A DNA stretch of 63,007 nt, the filler included, from Octopus bimaculoides (taxonomy: Eukaryota), in assembly GCF_001194135.2 (NCBI RefSeq). It is 5 parts of 5 records of this genome, joined end to end, with 100 filler letters (N's around TTAATTAATTAA, not from the genome) between each part and the next. Parts side by side here need not be neighbours in the genome. Positions count along the whole stretch, not along the records: positions 32,975 to 37,818 come from NC_068998.1; positions 37,919 to 60,073 come from NC_068990.1; 3 more parts are not named here. One strand, written 5' to 3'. Positions 36,557 through 49,410 of this stretch are shown piece by piece (within the stretch, counting starts at the first letter, position 1; every line of letters begins with the position of its first letter). Below the pieces are notes generated by a model. That model had not been told where the DNA came from, did not search any database, and worked only from the letters and a program-made list of their open reading frames with translations. A program made the position numbers and the translations under genes.

Positions 36557-36966
36557 ATCAATGAGGGAAAAGGAAAATGGAGTTTGCAAGAACTATTATT
36601 ATTCAGCATAATGATCGTTTCGACCCATGCTGCACCTATCCCTTACAGGTGGGATACTGTACAGCTAGTTGTGTTGCATCCACCATTGTAGAATGCATCT
36701 CTTCGAGTGTCTTGTTTTAAATAAGATACTTCGTTAAATCTATTCGGTTTTGCTTGGCATGATATGGTCGCCAGTAGGTTGTTGGCTATATTGATCAGTT
36801 ATGGATATAATCGGTAAACTGGTCTGGCTATATTTCGCTTTGAATACATGACATAGAGTATAGTAATGAACGAGAGAGAATAAAAATGACAACGGATATT
36901 AATTAAAAGATAAAATGTTTTGAATAAAAATCCTTGCAAACTCCATTTTCCTTTTCCCTCATTCAT
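36557..36966. mobile_element. 410-bp MITE with about 34-bp TIRs and TA flanks
   Basis: atcaatgagggaaaaggaaaatggagtttgcaag / cttgcaaactccattttccttttccctcattcat; TA at 36555 and 36967. Confidence 0.75.
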
Positions 36967-37918
36967 TATGATTAACTTATTGATCACTGCGGGATTCCTG
37001 ACGTAGATCTAGAGACACTTATATCTTAAATGTGGATGACATCAGGTAGATTAAACGGTAAAAGTTCTTTAATCAGCATTCTACTAACGATGTACTCAAG
37101 GTCAGAGTATTTATGTGTTTGAATTATTATACTGCAGACATGGTGGGGCACTACCTCGAAGTGTTTAATAGATAAACTCAATGTCACAAACTCACTATTT
37201 TTGTATGACACTTATTCTATTGGTCGCTTTGCCAATCAATCAAATCAATCAATGTCTGACTTTCTACTTTACACACGCTTTGTGTTGTAACTTGAAATCT
37301 TTAGTCCTTGTAACATATCCTATGAACTTATTATTTACTCTATCCTATCTCATATCGACGTCTTCTATTTTAAAATGCCTATGCATTTATGAATGATTTT
37401 ATATATTTTTAAATATCTAAGTGTTTTATATACTCTATGTGCTTGTGCTGTGACCTCTAATTTTTTATTTCTCTATAGTATATCATATGAATTTGTAATT
37501 CACTATGTCTTATATAATATGGACGCTTTTATATCTTATTATATATATATATATTGTACTTATTTTACTTATATATTTTTAAAAACACCTATGTATTTAT
37601 AAATGTTTTAAAATATTTTTAGATATTTGCGGGCTTATAAAAATATATAAATGTCTATATGCTTGTATGTTATTAATACTTCTATTAAGTTGAGCTTTAT
37701 GTCGCTTTATTAATGCCGAAGTAAGTGTGCATATATATTGAATATTCTGCTGGATAATAAGTCATGTTCCTCGTATTGCTTCCACTCAAATTATTGGAAC
37801 TTAGCTCAATATATATATNNNNNNNNNNNNNNNNNNNNNNNNNNNNNNNNNNNNNNNNNNNNTTAATTAATTAANNNNNNNNNNNNNNNNNNNNNNNNNN
37901 NNNNNNNNNNNNNNNNNN

Positions 37919-38107
37919 AAACACACAGACATACATACATACATATATTCATGCATTTACATACATATATGCATATGTCGATATAAACATGCATGCATTT
38001 GCAAACACACAGACATACATACATACATATATTCATGCATTTACATACATATATGCATATGTCGATATAAACATGCATGCATTTGCAAACACACAGACAT
38101 ACATACA
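37919..38107. repeat. 84-bp tandem repeat, about 2.25 identical copies
   Basis: Unit aaacacacagacatac...catgcatgcatttgc repeated exactly, beside a gap. Confidence 0.85.
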
Positions 38108-38512
38108 GGGGCACTTGCCTAAGTAACAATCTTGAGAAATTAGGCTTCTCAAAACCAGAAAGGAGAAATCTGATTCAAAGACTCACTCAGAACCACTGCT
38201 TCTTGTATGGATCTACAGTATATTATGGATTATGTATTTAGTGAAATGTTTCCTAGAGTAACCTTAGGACCCATGATATACTCAGTCAGGAACAGCTAAT
38301 CATATGCACCACATGAATATATTTCTACTTGTACTTGACTACCCATGTACGTATTCCTCTACTTTTGTTGGGTACACATTTATTTTTTACCTGGTGCATC
38401 ACTATTTAGGTACCTTATTCACTCAAATCCTGATCTATTATATATAAATATATATTATTAAATGCTATATCTCCATTTTCTTACTTTCTTTTGAATGATT
38501 ATAAACCATGAT

Positions 38513-38687
38513 GATGATGATCATCATCATCGTTTAACGTCCGCTTTCCATGCTAGCATGGGTTAAACGATTTGACTGAGGACTGGCAAGCCAGAAGGCT
38601 GCACCAGGCTCCAATCTGATCTGGCAGAGTTTCTACAGCTGGATGCCTTCCTAACGCCAACCACTCTGAGAGTGTAGTGCATGCTTT
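38513..38687 (-). mobile_element. RTE 3' tail (family C), young copy
   Basis: Closely matches 19920-20090. Confidence 0.8.
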
Positions 38688-39060
38688 NNNNNNNNNNNNN
38701 NNNNNNNNNNNNNNNNNNNNNNNNNNNNNNNNNNNNNNNNNNNNNNNNNNNNNNNNNNNNNNNNNNNNNNNNNNNNNNNNNNNNNNNNNNNNNNNNNNNN
38801 NNNNNNNNNNNNNNNNNNNNNNNNNNNNNNNNNNNNNNNNNNNNNNNNNNNNNNNNNNNNNNNNNNNNNNNNNNNNNNNNNNNNNNNNNNNNNNNNNNNN
38901 NNNNNNNNNNNNNNNNNNNNNNNNNNNNNNNNNNNNNNNNNNNNNNNNNNNNNNNNNNNNNNNNNNNNNNNNNNNNNNNNNNNNNNNNNNNNNNNNNNNN
39001 NNNNNNNNNNNNNNNNNNNNNNNNNNNNNNNNNNNNNNNNNNNNNNNNNNNNNNNNATAT

Positions 39061-39516
39061 ATCATGGTTTATAATCATTTAAAAGAAAGTAAGAAAATGG
39101 AGATATAGCATTTAATAAAATTTATTGTCTGCAAAAATCAAACATAGTCACTTACAGCTGTTTCAATTAAGACTAATAGATTAAATAGCTATTATTAAAA
39201 TTATTATATTAGGTAAAATCTCTTCAGAGGGGTAGAAACAAGATAAACCATTAATGTTTTTTAAGTGTTGTATATTAGAATCATCACAGCAGACTCGTTC
39301 TAAAATACAACACTTAAAAACCTAATGATATATCTTTTTTCTACCCTTCTGAACAGATTTTGCCTACTATAAGGATTTTAATAATTGCTATTTAATCTAT
39401 TAGGCTTAATTGAAATAGCTGTAAGGGACTATGTTTGATTTTTGCAGATAATAAATTTTTATTAAATATTATATCTCTATTTTCTTACTTTCTTTTGAAT
39501 GATTATAAACCATGAT
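39061..39516. mobile_element. Foldback element / long palindromic MITE (about 220-bp arms, about 15-nt centre)
   Basis: atcatggtttataatcat..ttaagtgttgtat.ttagaa mirrored by ttctaaaatacaacacttaa..atgattataaaccatgat. Confidence 0.85.
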
Positions 39517-40689
39517 TTATATATAAAGCTATTGTTTTATGAATATTATCATTCACGACAAATATTAGGTAGTAAACCAGTAGTTCATTGGATGATACCA
39601 TCCCTTAATGAGACCAATTTAACCTCTAAATGAATATACACACACACACATATTCAGAACTCATGTAATTTCGACCTTCCTTGGTCTTGGTTTTCTTTCT
39701 CTTTCTTTTTGTTTCCCTGGGTGGCTGAATTTAGCATTCCATGCTCTCACCATGGCAGCTGGGGTTTGTTTCTCTGTTTCCCTACTTAGGAACTACTATT
39801 TATTTCAATGCAGTGCTACAGGATGGCTGCAGTTCAATGACTGAAATGAGTAAAAGAAAACAGAAAAAAAAGAAGAATTCTCCTCTTCTATTTCTTTACA
39901 ACTACAACAGCATTGACTTTTCCCAACCAAAATAGCATTCCTCTCTTTCTTCCCAAATCAACCTCTTTATTTTTTTTCCTTTTTGTTTTGTTCTGTGAGT
40001 GTTATCTTCTCTAAAAGTCAGGTTTGAGTCTTTTTCTTCTCAAAATAAAAACTGAAAAATAAAGATAGAACTCTACAAACTCTACAGAAAAAAACAACAA
40101 CAAAACGAACAAAACAAGAAATAACAAAAAACAAGCAAAATACTAAATATACTTTTATGTCACTTTCAAAATACATAAAACGAATTTGTAAATAATTTAA
40201 CTTTTGAACTGCTTATGTATTCATTTATTTTTATTATTTCTATTGCGCAAAAAACACCTGTTTAAACTATTGCCCTCCAAAATTTCTGCCTTCTACATCT
40301 ACATCTATTTACAACATTATAAAATCATGTTAGAAATTGCTGAAAATATTTCAACTAATAACTTAATTTTGTACAGATCTTTTTGAAACAAAATCAAATC
40401 CCATAATTTATCAAATTGACAATTCTTATTCCATAGTAACATATTTTTATGATTAAGTTAAAACATTAAACAAAAAACAAAAAACAAACAAAATTGTTTT
40501 CTTTTTTTTTTTATTTCTTTCTTTCTTTTTTTATTTGCTAAACTAAGAAAAGAACCAGTGGAAAATTAAATTTCTATATTGTATAGGCAAAACAACAATA
40601 GTTGGATTGCATTTTAAATGCTCGCTTATTCTCCATTTCCATAGAGATCACTATTACCTGTTGAAATGTTATCAAAACATAAATTCACG

Positions 40690-40850
40690 TCTAGGCGTGT
40701 CTGTGTGGTAAGAAGTTTATTTCCCAAACTACACAGTTCTGGGTTCAGTTTTACTGCAGGGTATCGCTTGAGCAAGTGTCTTCTTCTATAGCCCTGAGGT
40801 TACTAGAACCTTGTGACTGCTTCATAGAAACTGAAAGAAACCTGTTGTGT
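40690..40850 (+). mobile_element. SINE family B, 5' half
   Basis: ggcgtgtctgtgtggtaagaag..gggttcag..ttgagcaagtgtcttc. Confidence 0.7.
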
Positions 40851-40956
40851 ACAGACACGCACAAACATGTATAATCACGAGTGCAGCACCCTAACCACTA
40901 AGCTATGCACCTTCACATACACACACACATACACACACACATGCACACACACACAC

Positions 40957-41002
<46 letters not shown>

Positions 41003-41021
41003 GTATGTATANNNNNNNNNN

Positions 41022-41053
<32 letters not shown>

Positions 41054-41349
41054 GACTCATCTAGAGACCATAAGTCAGGAAAAGATGCACTCATATATCT
41101 GTCAGTAGGGTGGATATATTATCTGAAATGTATAGTATTAAATATCCATGCAATCGGTTTCGCATAAAGAATACAATGGAGTGTTAGGTAATAATCTGAT
41201 TATATAACTTTGCACTCATCAGAGTTAACTAATATGGAAGGAAATATGCCAACTGTTCTCTATTGTCAGAGGCAGATTAGCACAAGTGGTCAGCATTTGC
41301 TGTGAAAAAAAAGTAGTGAAATGAAAAAGGGGCAGGGGATTAAGCTTGG

Positions 41350-41995
41350 AGTTATGTCCCTAGGTTGGATATGCCGTGGAGCTGGTGAGAGCTATCTTGA
41401 AGTGGGGAAGGTGTGTATTATTAAGGTGGTGCTCCCGTGAGGGTGGGCTGTGTGATATGTGTAGTGGTGTCATATGTATAATTTTTTGGGTGGGAGATGT
41501 AGGTATGTATAGCTGTGTTCGTTTGTCTGTTTTCTTTCTGTAAAGGATTAAAGTTGTGGGGTATTTTATGTTAGCATGCAGTGTGTAACGTGTATTGTAT
41601 GTGTGAGTGGGGTCTGTGAATGTATGGGGGTACAATTTGTATGTAGAGGTATGTGCTAGGGGTGGTGGAGACTTATTTTGTGGGGTGTCTGCCTTATAGG
41701 GGTATGTGTATGTGTACATGGGTGCATTGGTGTTTGCCTTAGTGAGACTCTTTTTGCCAGGCCTGAGGGCATTGGTGGAAGGTCGTTGATAGAGGGTTGA
41801 GTCAGGGGACCAGTGGTTACAGTCATGGTGGGGCACACAGGTGACAGGTGTGATAGGATGTTTTCTTTCATGTGGGCAAGGATTAAACACCTCATTTTTT
41901 CTATTCAGGTAGATGTCTGCCTGCTATTCAGCAGATACAAAAGAAGGGCATTCAACACATTTATTGGGAGTTACGTGTATGGATCAAAACTGTTT
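41350..41995 (-). mobile_element. PLE endonuclease C-terminus and 3' UTR, same family as 4815-6715
   Basis: YLNRKNEVFNPCPHERKH; UTR shares aatgcacccatgtacacatac with 6490-6520. Confidence 0.8.
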
Positions 41996-43012
41996 GATCC
42001 AAATTCGTTGGTACTCTGAGTTTTAAGCACAATGCTAGTCTTCAGCCATTTTGAATTTGAATAATTACTGTATGTATAACTATATGCATGTGTGAATGAA
42101 AAATAGTGATGAGGACGAGGATGATGATGATGATAAAGATGATGAAGATGAGAAGGAAGAGGGAGATGTTGATATAGAAAAAAAAGAAATAATTATTCTT
42201 TTCCTACCATCAATTCTCAAAGAGATTTTTCTGTACACATATGCAATATCATAAATCTGTTTGAATAATAACTTTTATAGGGTCAGCTTATTTTGATATC
42301 ATTACAAAAAGAAAAAATATAATATATATAAATATAAAACACGCACAAGATACCTGAATGAATAAATAACACTGTTTAATACCAATTGGTAATTGTTTGA
42401 ATCAAAGCCAAGCCCTTTAAGCATAGAAATGGTCTCAGTGCCAAAACACAGATAAAAGAATTGTCTATCATTTATTCAATCAAGGTATTATTTTTTTGTC
42501 AAATATCTCTTAAAGATAGTTTGCCTAATTTTGCTTCCTAAAACAGTGAAGCTTGATTTTCTAAACACTACTTTCTCAATGTCCAATTCTATACTTATTT
42601 CCTTATCAGAAGTGTAACCATCAAAGTAAATATTACTATTGCTTAATAGGTTTTTCATCTTGTTCTGTCACCAATATTCTAAGATTCATTCTAAACATAA
42701 CATTTACCAAAATAAACTCTTGTATAAGAGCAATCATTGGATACCAATCTTGTAAACATGCTCAGTTGAATGACTTGATTTTTCTGTGATCTTATCATTT
42801 CCAACTAGCAATCTTTTGTAATCAGTTAATTCATAAGTATGAAGTATGCAGCAGCAGAGAAAGAAGGTGGAAGAAAAAAAACAACAACAAAAAAACAAAG
42901 AAAAACAGTAGTAAATGGATTTTATAAAGTATATGGTGTTGTGCATGGAAAGAGAAAAAAAGAAGCAACAAATAGAACAGAAAAAGAGAGAGACAGATGA
43001 GTGAGACAGAGA

Positions 43013-43080
<68 letters not shown>

Positions 43081-43660
43081 NNNNNNNNNNNNNNNNNNNN
43101 NNNNNNNNNNNNNNNNNNNNNNNNNNNNNNNNNNNNNNNNNNNNNNNNNNNNNNNNNNNNNNNNNNNNNNNNNNNNNNNNNNNNNNNNNNNNNNNNNNNN
43201 NNNNNNNNNNNNNNNNNNNNNNNNNNNNNNNNNNNNNNNNNNNNNNNNNNNNNNNNNNNNNNNNNNNNNNNNNNNNNNNNNNNNNNNNNNNNNNNNNNNN
43301 NNNNNNNNNNNNNNNNNNNNNNNNNNNNNNNNNNNNNNNNNNNNNNNNNNNNNNNNNNNNNNNNNNNNNNNNNNNNNNNNNNNNNNNNNNNNNNNNNNNN
43401 NNNNNNNNNNNNNNNNNNNNNNNNNNNNNNNNNNNNNNNNNNNNNNNNNNNNNNNNNNNNNNNNNNNNNNNNNNNNNNNNNNNNNNNNNNNNNNNNNNNN
43501 NNNNNNNNNNNNNNNNNNNNNNNNNNNNNNNNNNNNNNNNNNNNNNNNNNNNNNNNNNNNNNNNNNNNNNNNNNNNNNNNNNNNNNNNNNNNNNNNNNNN
43601 NNNNNNNNNNNNNNNNNNNNNNNNNNNNNNNNNNNNNNNNNNNNNNNNNNNNNNNNNNNN

Positions 43661-43703
<43 letters not shown>

Positions 43704-44599
43704 TTTATGCATATATATATATATGTATACATACTTATACACATACACACGCACACACATACACACACACATGATGTATGCAAATGTATGTATATATGCG
43801 AAAAATTTTAGAGATGACTCGTGGACTCTTGTGTCTTCTCTTCAGTCATGAGATTCTAAGTCAGAAACTTGATGTTAGTTTGCAAATTTGCATAGGACAT
43901 GTACTCTAACAAAATGCATATTTTGTTAAAGTTGTTTTCTTATTACATATTTGCAGGATCTTCTGTTTTGAATTGTTTAATTTTTTCATTCATAATTTGT
44001 TTCTCCTGTAGAAGTGAATTTAGCTAAATAGTTCATTGGGCTTGAGTTCATATTTGCAACAAGAAAAGTGCAGCAAAGCTGCATGATTGTAGTGTCAGAC
44101 GGGACATACAGACCATCGTGTTTTTCTTCTTCTCTTCCATTTTATGAATCCAGCATGCACATATTCATTGTGTGTTTGTATGTCTCTTTCCAGTTTCTAC
44201 TCAAAACTGTTTACAGATCACAACCACCTCATGAACCTCCGTTCATGAGAAATGCATCACGATCCAATGGTTGTGAAAAAATGCATTCCAATGCATTCTC
44301 AGCACGACCCTTAAACTGAAGTATCTAAAGATCTTTAAACTGAGGTATCTTAAAGCTTCTCAGGAAAACAGCCATCTAAAAAATTCATTAACGCTATACT
44401 ATTAGTTCAGTTGACTTTCTTCCATCTGTGACGGTCTTGGAAATTATTTAGCTGATAATTATTATTATTATTATTTAGCTGATAATTATTATTATTATTA
44501 TCATCATTATTATTGAGTGAGAGAGCTGTGCATGAAATTTAGTTAAAAGTCATGAAAGTGGTTGACAAACTGTCTGCTAATATTTCAAAAATAATGGCA

Positions 44600-44765
44600 G
44601 AATCATTTACATGTGGGGCAAAATGCTTCTTGGCATTTCGTCTGTCTTTACATTCTGAGTTGAAATTCCACTGAGTTTGACTTTGCTTTTCGTCCTTTTG
44701 GAGTCAATGAAATAAGTAACAGTTGAATGTTGGGGTGGATGTAATTGACTTAATTCCATCCCCCG
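44600..44765 (+). mobile_element. SINE family A, CpG-depleted
   Basis: cattctgagttgaaattccactgagtttgactttgc. Confidence 0.65.
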
Positions 44766-45601
44766 AAACTTTAAAGTCAATATTTTAGAAGTAAACTAAT
44801 TATTGGCTACCTCATGTTAGCTGAGAAAACTAGAATTTTTATTATTAGCCTTCTCAGATCAGCTCATGTGCCCATTAAGAAACTTACAAATCTCAGAGTT
44901 GAAATATGTATGGCAGAAATAATATTCCACTAAAATGAAAAATCAACTGAGTGCATATTTTTCACTGCTCTCTGAGCTGCATTAAAAAACATCTATGCAA
45001 TATGCTCGCAGCAGTATTCTGTTGATAGTTTAATTACAGAAATTTTCTTTTATTTCTAAATCATTTTCCCTTTCTATTATATTTTCTGCATTTTCATTCC
45101 AACTGCCTTTTGATAATAGTCTTTTTTTTTTTTTAGATAGAAATAATGCTATTTTAAAAATATTCAAATGCATTACTCACTGCTTCCAATCATATTAAGA
45201 AAATATTTTTCAAAAAACTTAATCTCAATTCATATTCAAAGTTTAACACCAGAAATTAAGATTTAAAATCATTTTTCAGTTTTTACCAATTTGGAAATTT
45301 CAAATCAGAATAACCAAGGATTTTTTCCTGTCTTTTTGTTGTTTTTTCATTTTTGTTTTTTGAAATATGGAAAGTACTTGAATTTCTCATTTCTGTTCAT
45401 AAGAAAAAATTTTTTGTAATACGAATGGAATTTGAAAATAGAAATAACAATTTTTCATATTTTCTCAAAAATTGAAAATATAGAAGTATCATAATTATTT
45501 TTCTAGAATATCCAAATTTATATGGTAGCCTATAGCTACAGACATAATTCCATTTTATTTTATTTTATTTCATCTTTTTGTTTTTATTTATTTTGCAACA
45601 G

Positions 45602-45804
45602 TGCTGTACACAGACAAAATAGTAACATGAAGACTTTCTAATTAAGATGAAAATGAAACTAAAAAAAACATTGCCCCAAACACTTTAAAATATATTATAA
45701 TCAGTTGCACATGCATGTTTGTTATGTACTTTGTGTGACGGAATTACAAGGTTAACTAAACTCTACTCCTACAGGCCTCAGTCTATCAAATGAAGAGTAA
45801 ACAG
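45602..45804 (+). other. Candidate non-coding (5' UTR) exon of the plus-strand gene
   Basis: About 40-nt pyrimidine-rich tract ending gcaacag|; donor cag|gtttgt; no long open frame. Confidence 0.3.
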
Positions 45805-45884
45805 GTTTGTAAAAAAAAACAAAAAACAAACACACAAACACCTTCTCTCTTGATTATTATGCGTAAAATCTCATGTGGTTTTTG

Positions 45885-46130
45885 TTGTTGTTTGTTGTTC
45901 AGCTTCAGGTCAACCCTAATGAAGCAGAGCAATGATCAAAGATATTCAAGCAGTTACCGTTCCGTATACATTCTGAGTATTTTCTTTTTCTTTTGGTCGG
46001 GTGAGGTGTATCTAGGAATACATTATATTAGTAGTGTGTCCTTCACTTTATTTTCATATGATGTGGTGTAATTTGAGAAAGATGTGGCTGATTTTTCTAG
46101 CTGTTTGAGCAACCTTGTTGAGGCTGCAAG
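45885..46130. repeat. Dispersed repeat family E, copy 2
   Basis: Homologous to 22905-23150. Confidence 0.55.
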
Positions 46131-46159
46131 AGTATAACTATATGAACTACTGTGATCAT

Positions 46160-46457
46160 CATCACCATTGTCATCATCATTGTTGTCATCACCATCGTCA
46201 TCGTTATCATCATCATCATCATCATTATCAATAATTTAATGTTCACTTTTCTGTGCTTGTGTGAGTCAGATGGAATTCATTGAGGTAAGATTTTCTACAG
46301 TTGGATGTTCTTCCTGTTGCTAACATTCTCTTGTTCCCAAGGCATTTAATACATCCCCATGATCAGACATATTTTCCTGGAAGATTAGAAATGAATAACA
46401 TTTCTTATATAATAGTGACACTCATTTTACAATTATCATGTGATGTTAACACACCCA

Positions 46458-46537
<80 letters not shown>

Positions 46538-47023
46538 AACACACAAATCTATTCATATATATTACTGGATCTTTTCAGTTTCTGACAGCCAGATCCAATA
46601 AGAAAGCTTGGTTGGCTCAGGTCTATAGTAAAAGAAAAGGTACCACACAGTGAATCTGAAGACCTCTTTGGTCATGAAATTGCACCTATAAAGTTTCCCT
46701 TTGAGGCACAAATCCAGGCAAGGTTGTTAATGGAAGACTAACAGTCACCATGCATACTACCCTCCCCTCTCCATGCCACCGATGTTTGCTATTCAAGGGA
46801 AACACACAGGCCAATGCAGCTTGGCACCAGTGACTTCACAACTCATTTCTTCAGCTGAGTGAACTGGAACATTGTGAAGTAAACTGGTGCCTAATTCATT
46901 GACCTCGAAAGAATGAAAGGCAAAGCCGACCTTGACAGAATTTGAACTCAGAACGTAAAGACAGACGAAATTCGGCTAAGCACTTCACCCAGCATGCTAA
47001 CATTCCTGCCAGCTCGCTGCCTT
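46160..47023 (-). mobile_element. Cluster of decayed retroposons: family C tail, SINE B head, SINE D, SINE A
   Basis: Diagnostic motifs near 46300 (ggatgttcttcct), 46575, 46850 (gctgagtgaactgg) and 46930 (gaatttgaactcagaacg). Confidence 0.65.
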
Positions 47024-47681
47024 AATTCAACTACATTATTTACAATGGATAGTTGGGTGTCTTCATCTTGTTTGTTGTTAACAACAAGTAAAATGAGGAC
47101 ATCTATATGTCTATTGTAAATAATGTACATAATTCCTCATCTCAAAAATATAGAATAGCAGTTCAACTACATCCTACTGTAGATTTGAAACCTTGATCTA
47201 TGAGTTGATTGACCAGAACCTTAACCATTTAATTGCTTTGCTTCTATAGAAAACTTGTTAAAATCTTTACAACTTAGCTGCTTTACACTTTTTTTCCAAA
47301 TTTTTTTAGCAATTTCATGATTTTTTTTGTTTTCTTTTTGTCTTGTTTCTGTTGTTCTTCTCTGTCTCCATATTGTGTCTCACTGTTATCTGGTGCCCGC
47401 CGTCTCCAGAACAACAGCAATAATATTTCACCAATATTAAATTAAAGTTACCTTTGAAATTTACTGTTCCAACATTTCAGACATTGCAAATTATTTTATT
47501 GACTGAAACTTAATTTTTTTTTTCTTTTCCTATTAAATCAAATTATTTTAATGTAGACAACTGCAAAGAAATTTTGCAGATAGAAAATTCTTTGTAGTTG
47601 TCAAGATTGTAAAAAACAAAAATAAGAAAAAAAAGAGATTTCCCTTTAACTAATATCTCTAACTCAAATACGTTTCTTTTG

Positions 47682-47783
47682 ATGACTCGACACCATGATG
47701 CACCAAGTGGAGTTGCCACTACCCAAGAGAATAGTGTTAACCTACAAGATGAAGTGTTGAGAGATCATATCCCATTATTAGAG
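47682..47783 (+). CDS. Probable first coding exon of an unidentified gene: MTRHHDAPSGVATTQENSVNLQDEVLRDHIPLLE
   Basis: Acceptor ttctttgtag| at 47597, in-frame upstream TAA, no upstream ATG in the exon, 34 open codons, donor GAG|GTGAGT. Confidence 0.6.
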
Positions 47784-47879
47784 GTGAGTTGTATAAAAGT
47801 CCATGACACAACTGATCCAGTCAATACATGCAGCTGACTTGTTTCTGCAGGCACTGCATAATGAAATATTGTTTTACAC

Positions 47880-48050
47880 TTGCAAGCATAGCTGTGTGGT
47901 TATGAAGGTTGCTCTGCAACCACAAGGTCACTAGGTTTAGTCCCAGTGTGTGATTTCTTGAGCAAGAGCTTTCTACAATAACTTTGGCCTGACAAATATT
48001 TTGTAAGAACTGCTTGACGAAAATGTATATGTGTGTATGTTTGACTGCAT
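47880..48050 (+). mobile_element. SINE family B, decayed 5' half
   Basis: gctgtgtggt..gtttagtcccagtg..ttgagcaagag. Confidence 0.6.
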
Positions 48051-48065
48051 GTGTGAATGTGTGTT

Positions 48066-48440
48066 TGTATGGCCCAGTGGTTCGGGCAATGGACTCGCAG
48101 TCTTAGGATTGCGGTTTCAATTCCCAGACTGGGTGTTGTGAGTGTTTATTGAGTGAAAACACCTAAAAGCTCCACAAAACTCTGGCAGGGGGTGGTGGTG
48201 AACCCTTCTGTACTCTTTCACCACAGCTTTCTCTCACTCTTACTTCCTGTTTCTGTTGTGCCTGTATTTCAAAGGGCCAGCCTTGTCACACTCTGTGTCA
48301 CGCTGAATCTCCCTGAGAACTATGTTAAGGATACAAGTGTCTGTGGAGTGCTCAGTCACTTGCACGTTAATTTCACAAGCAGGCTATTCCGTTGATCGGA
48401 TCAACTGGAACACTCGTCATTGCAACCGATGGAGTGCCAA
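48066..48440 (+). mobile_element. tRNA-derived SINE family D, longer variant
   Basis: atggcccagtggtt..ggtttcaattccc; caaagggccagccttgtcacac. Confidence 0.7.
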
Positions 48441-49189
48441 CAATGTTGTTCAATATGTCATCATTAACACCATCTGAGTGAAAATAGATGACTTTATTTA
48501 CAATCTCTGGTAAGCAAAGAGTTCTGTAGTTTTAGTTTTCAATGGATGAGGACAAGTGCAATGAAACATACCTTACATGGAAAAGAAGTGAAGGCTGGAA
48601 ATAGGAAGATCATCCAGCAGTAGGAAAATCTATCTCATCAAGTCTTATCTTGGAAATACAGACATAAAGCTGAATGAACTGAAACAATTTTCTGGATTTG
48701 GAGAGATGGTTGTTCAAGGCACCTGATCATTACCTCAATTAAAGAATTGACCTTGGAGGGATGAAGTGCAAAAACCAAACCCAGTGAGACTGAACCTGTT
48801 AGCATTCGGATTACTCTATCAAATGTAAAGCTTATTTATCTACATTTTTCTTTTAATTAATCATGCATGATCATTGAGATTTCGATGATATGATTGTAGG
48901 AGAGGTGTAAGAGATCGGATCTGGCCAGTTTGAACAAAAAACAGGTAGAATATTTGGGCAGAATTAGTGCTCTTCATTAATCTGGCCCTCTTAATTAATC
49001 AATTACTCTTCTTTTTCTGTTCATTCACTACCCATATTTTATTGTTTTTTTAATAGTCCAAATATATATTTTCAACACTGATTCAAAGCTGGTGATTTTG
49101 GGTGAGGGTATAGTTCATTAAATTGACCCCAGTACTTTATTTTATTGCCCTTCCCTCCTTCCAGAAAACTGAATGGAAAAGTTGACTTC

Positions 49190-49410
49190 AGTAAGACTGG
49201 TTTCAAATTTTGGCACAAGGTCAGCAGTTTCAGGGGAGAGCATAAGTCAATTACATCAATCCCAGTGCTCAACTTATTTTATTGACCCTGAAAGGATAAA
49301 AGGTTAAGTCAACCTTGGCAGAATTTGAACTCAGAATAAAAAAGCAGATGAAACACCTCTAAGCATTCTGCCTGGCATGCTAAAGATTCTGCCAGCTTGC
49401 TACCTCGCAA
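49190..49410 (-). mobile_element. SINE family A, CpG-depleted
   Basis: gaatttgaactcagaat..cattctgcctggcatgctaaagattctgccagcttgc. Confidence 0.75.

Noticed and set aside
41360-41890. 176-aa ORF as a novel protein
   Set aside because: It is the PLE endonuclease C-terminus running into the pyrimidine-rich UTR, homologous to 6350-6700.
42100-42230. Acidic DEDEDDDD frame
   Set aside because: (GAT/GAA) low complexity with no splice sites or start.
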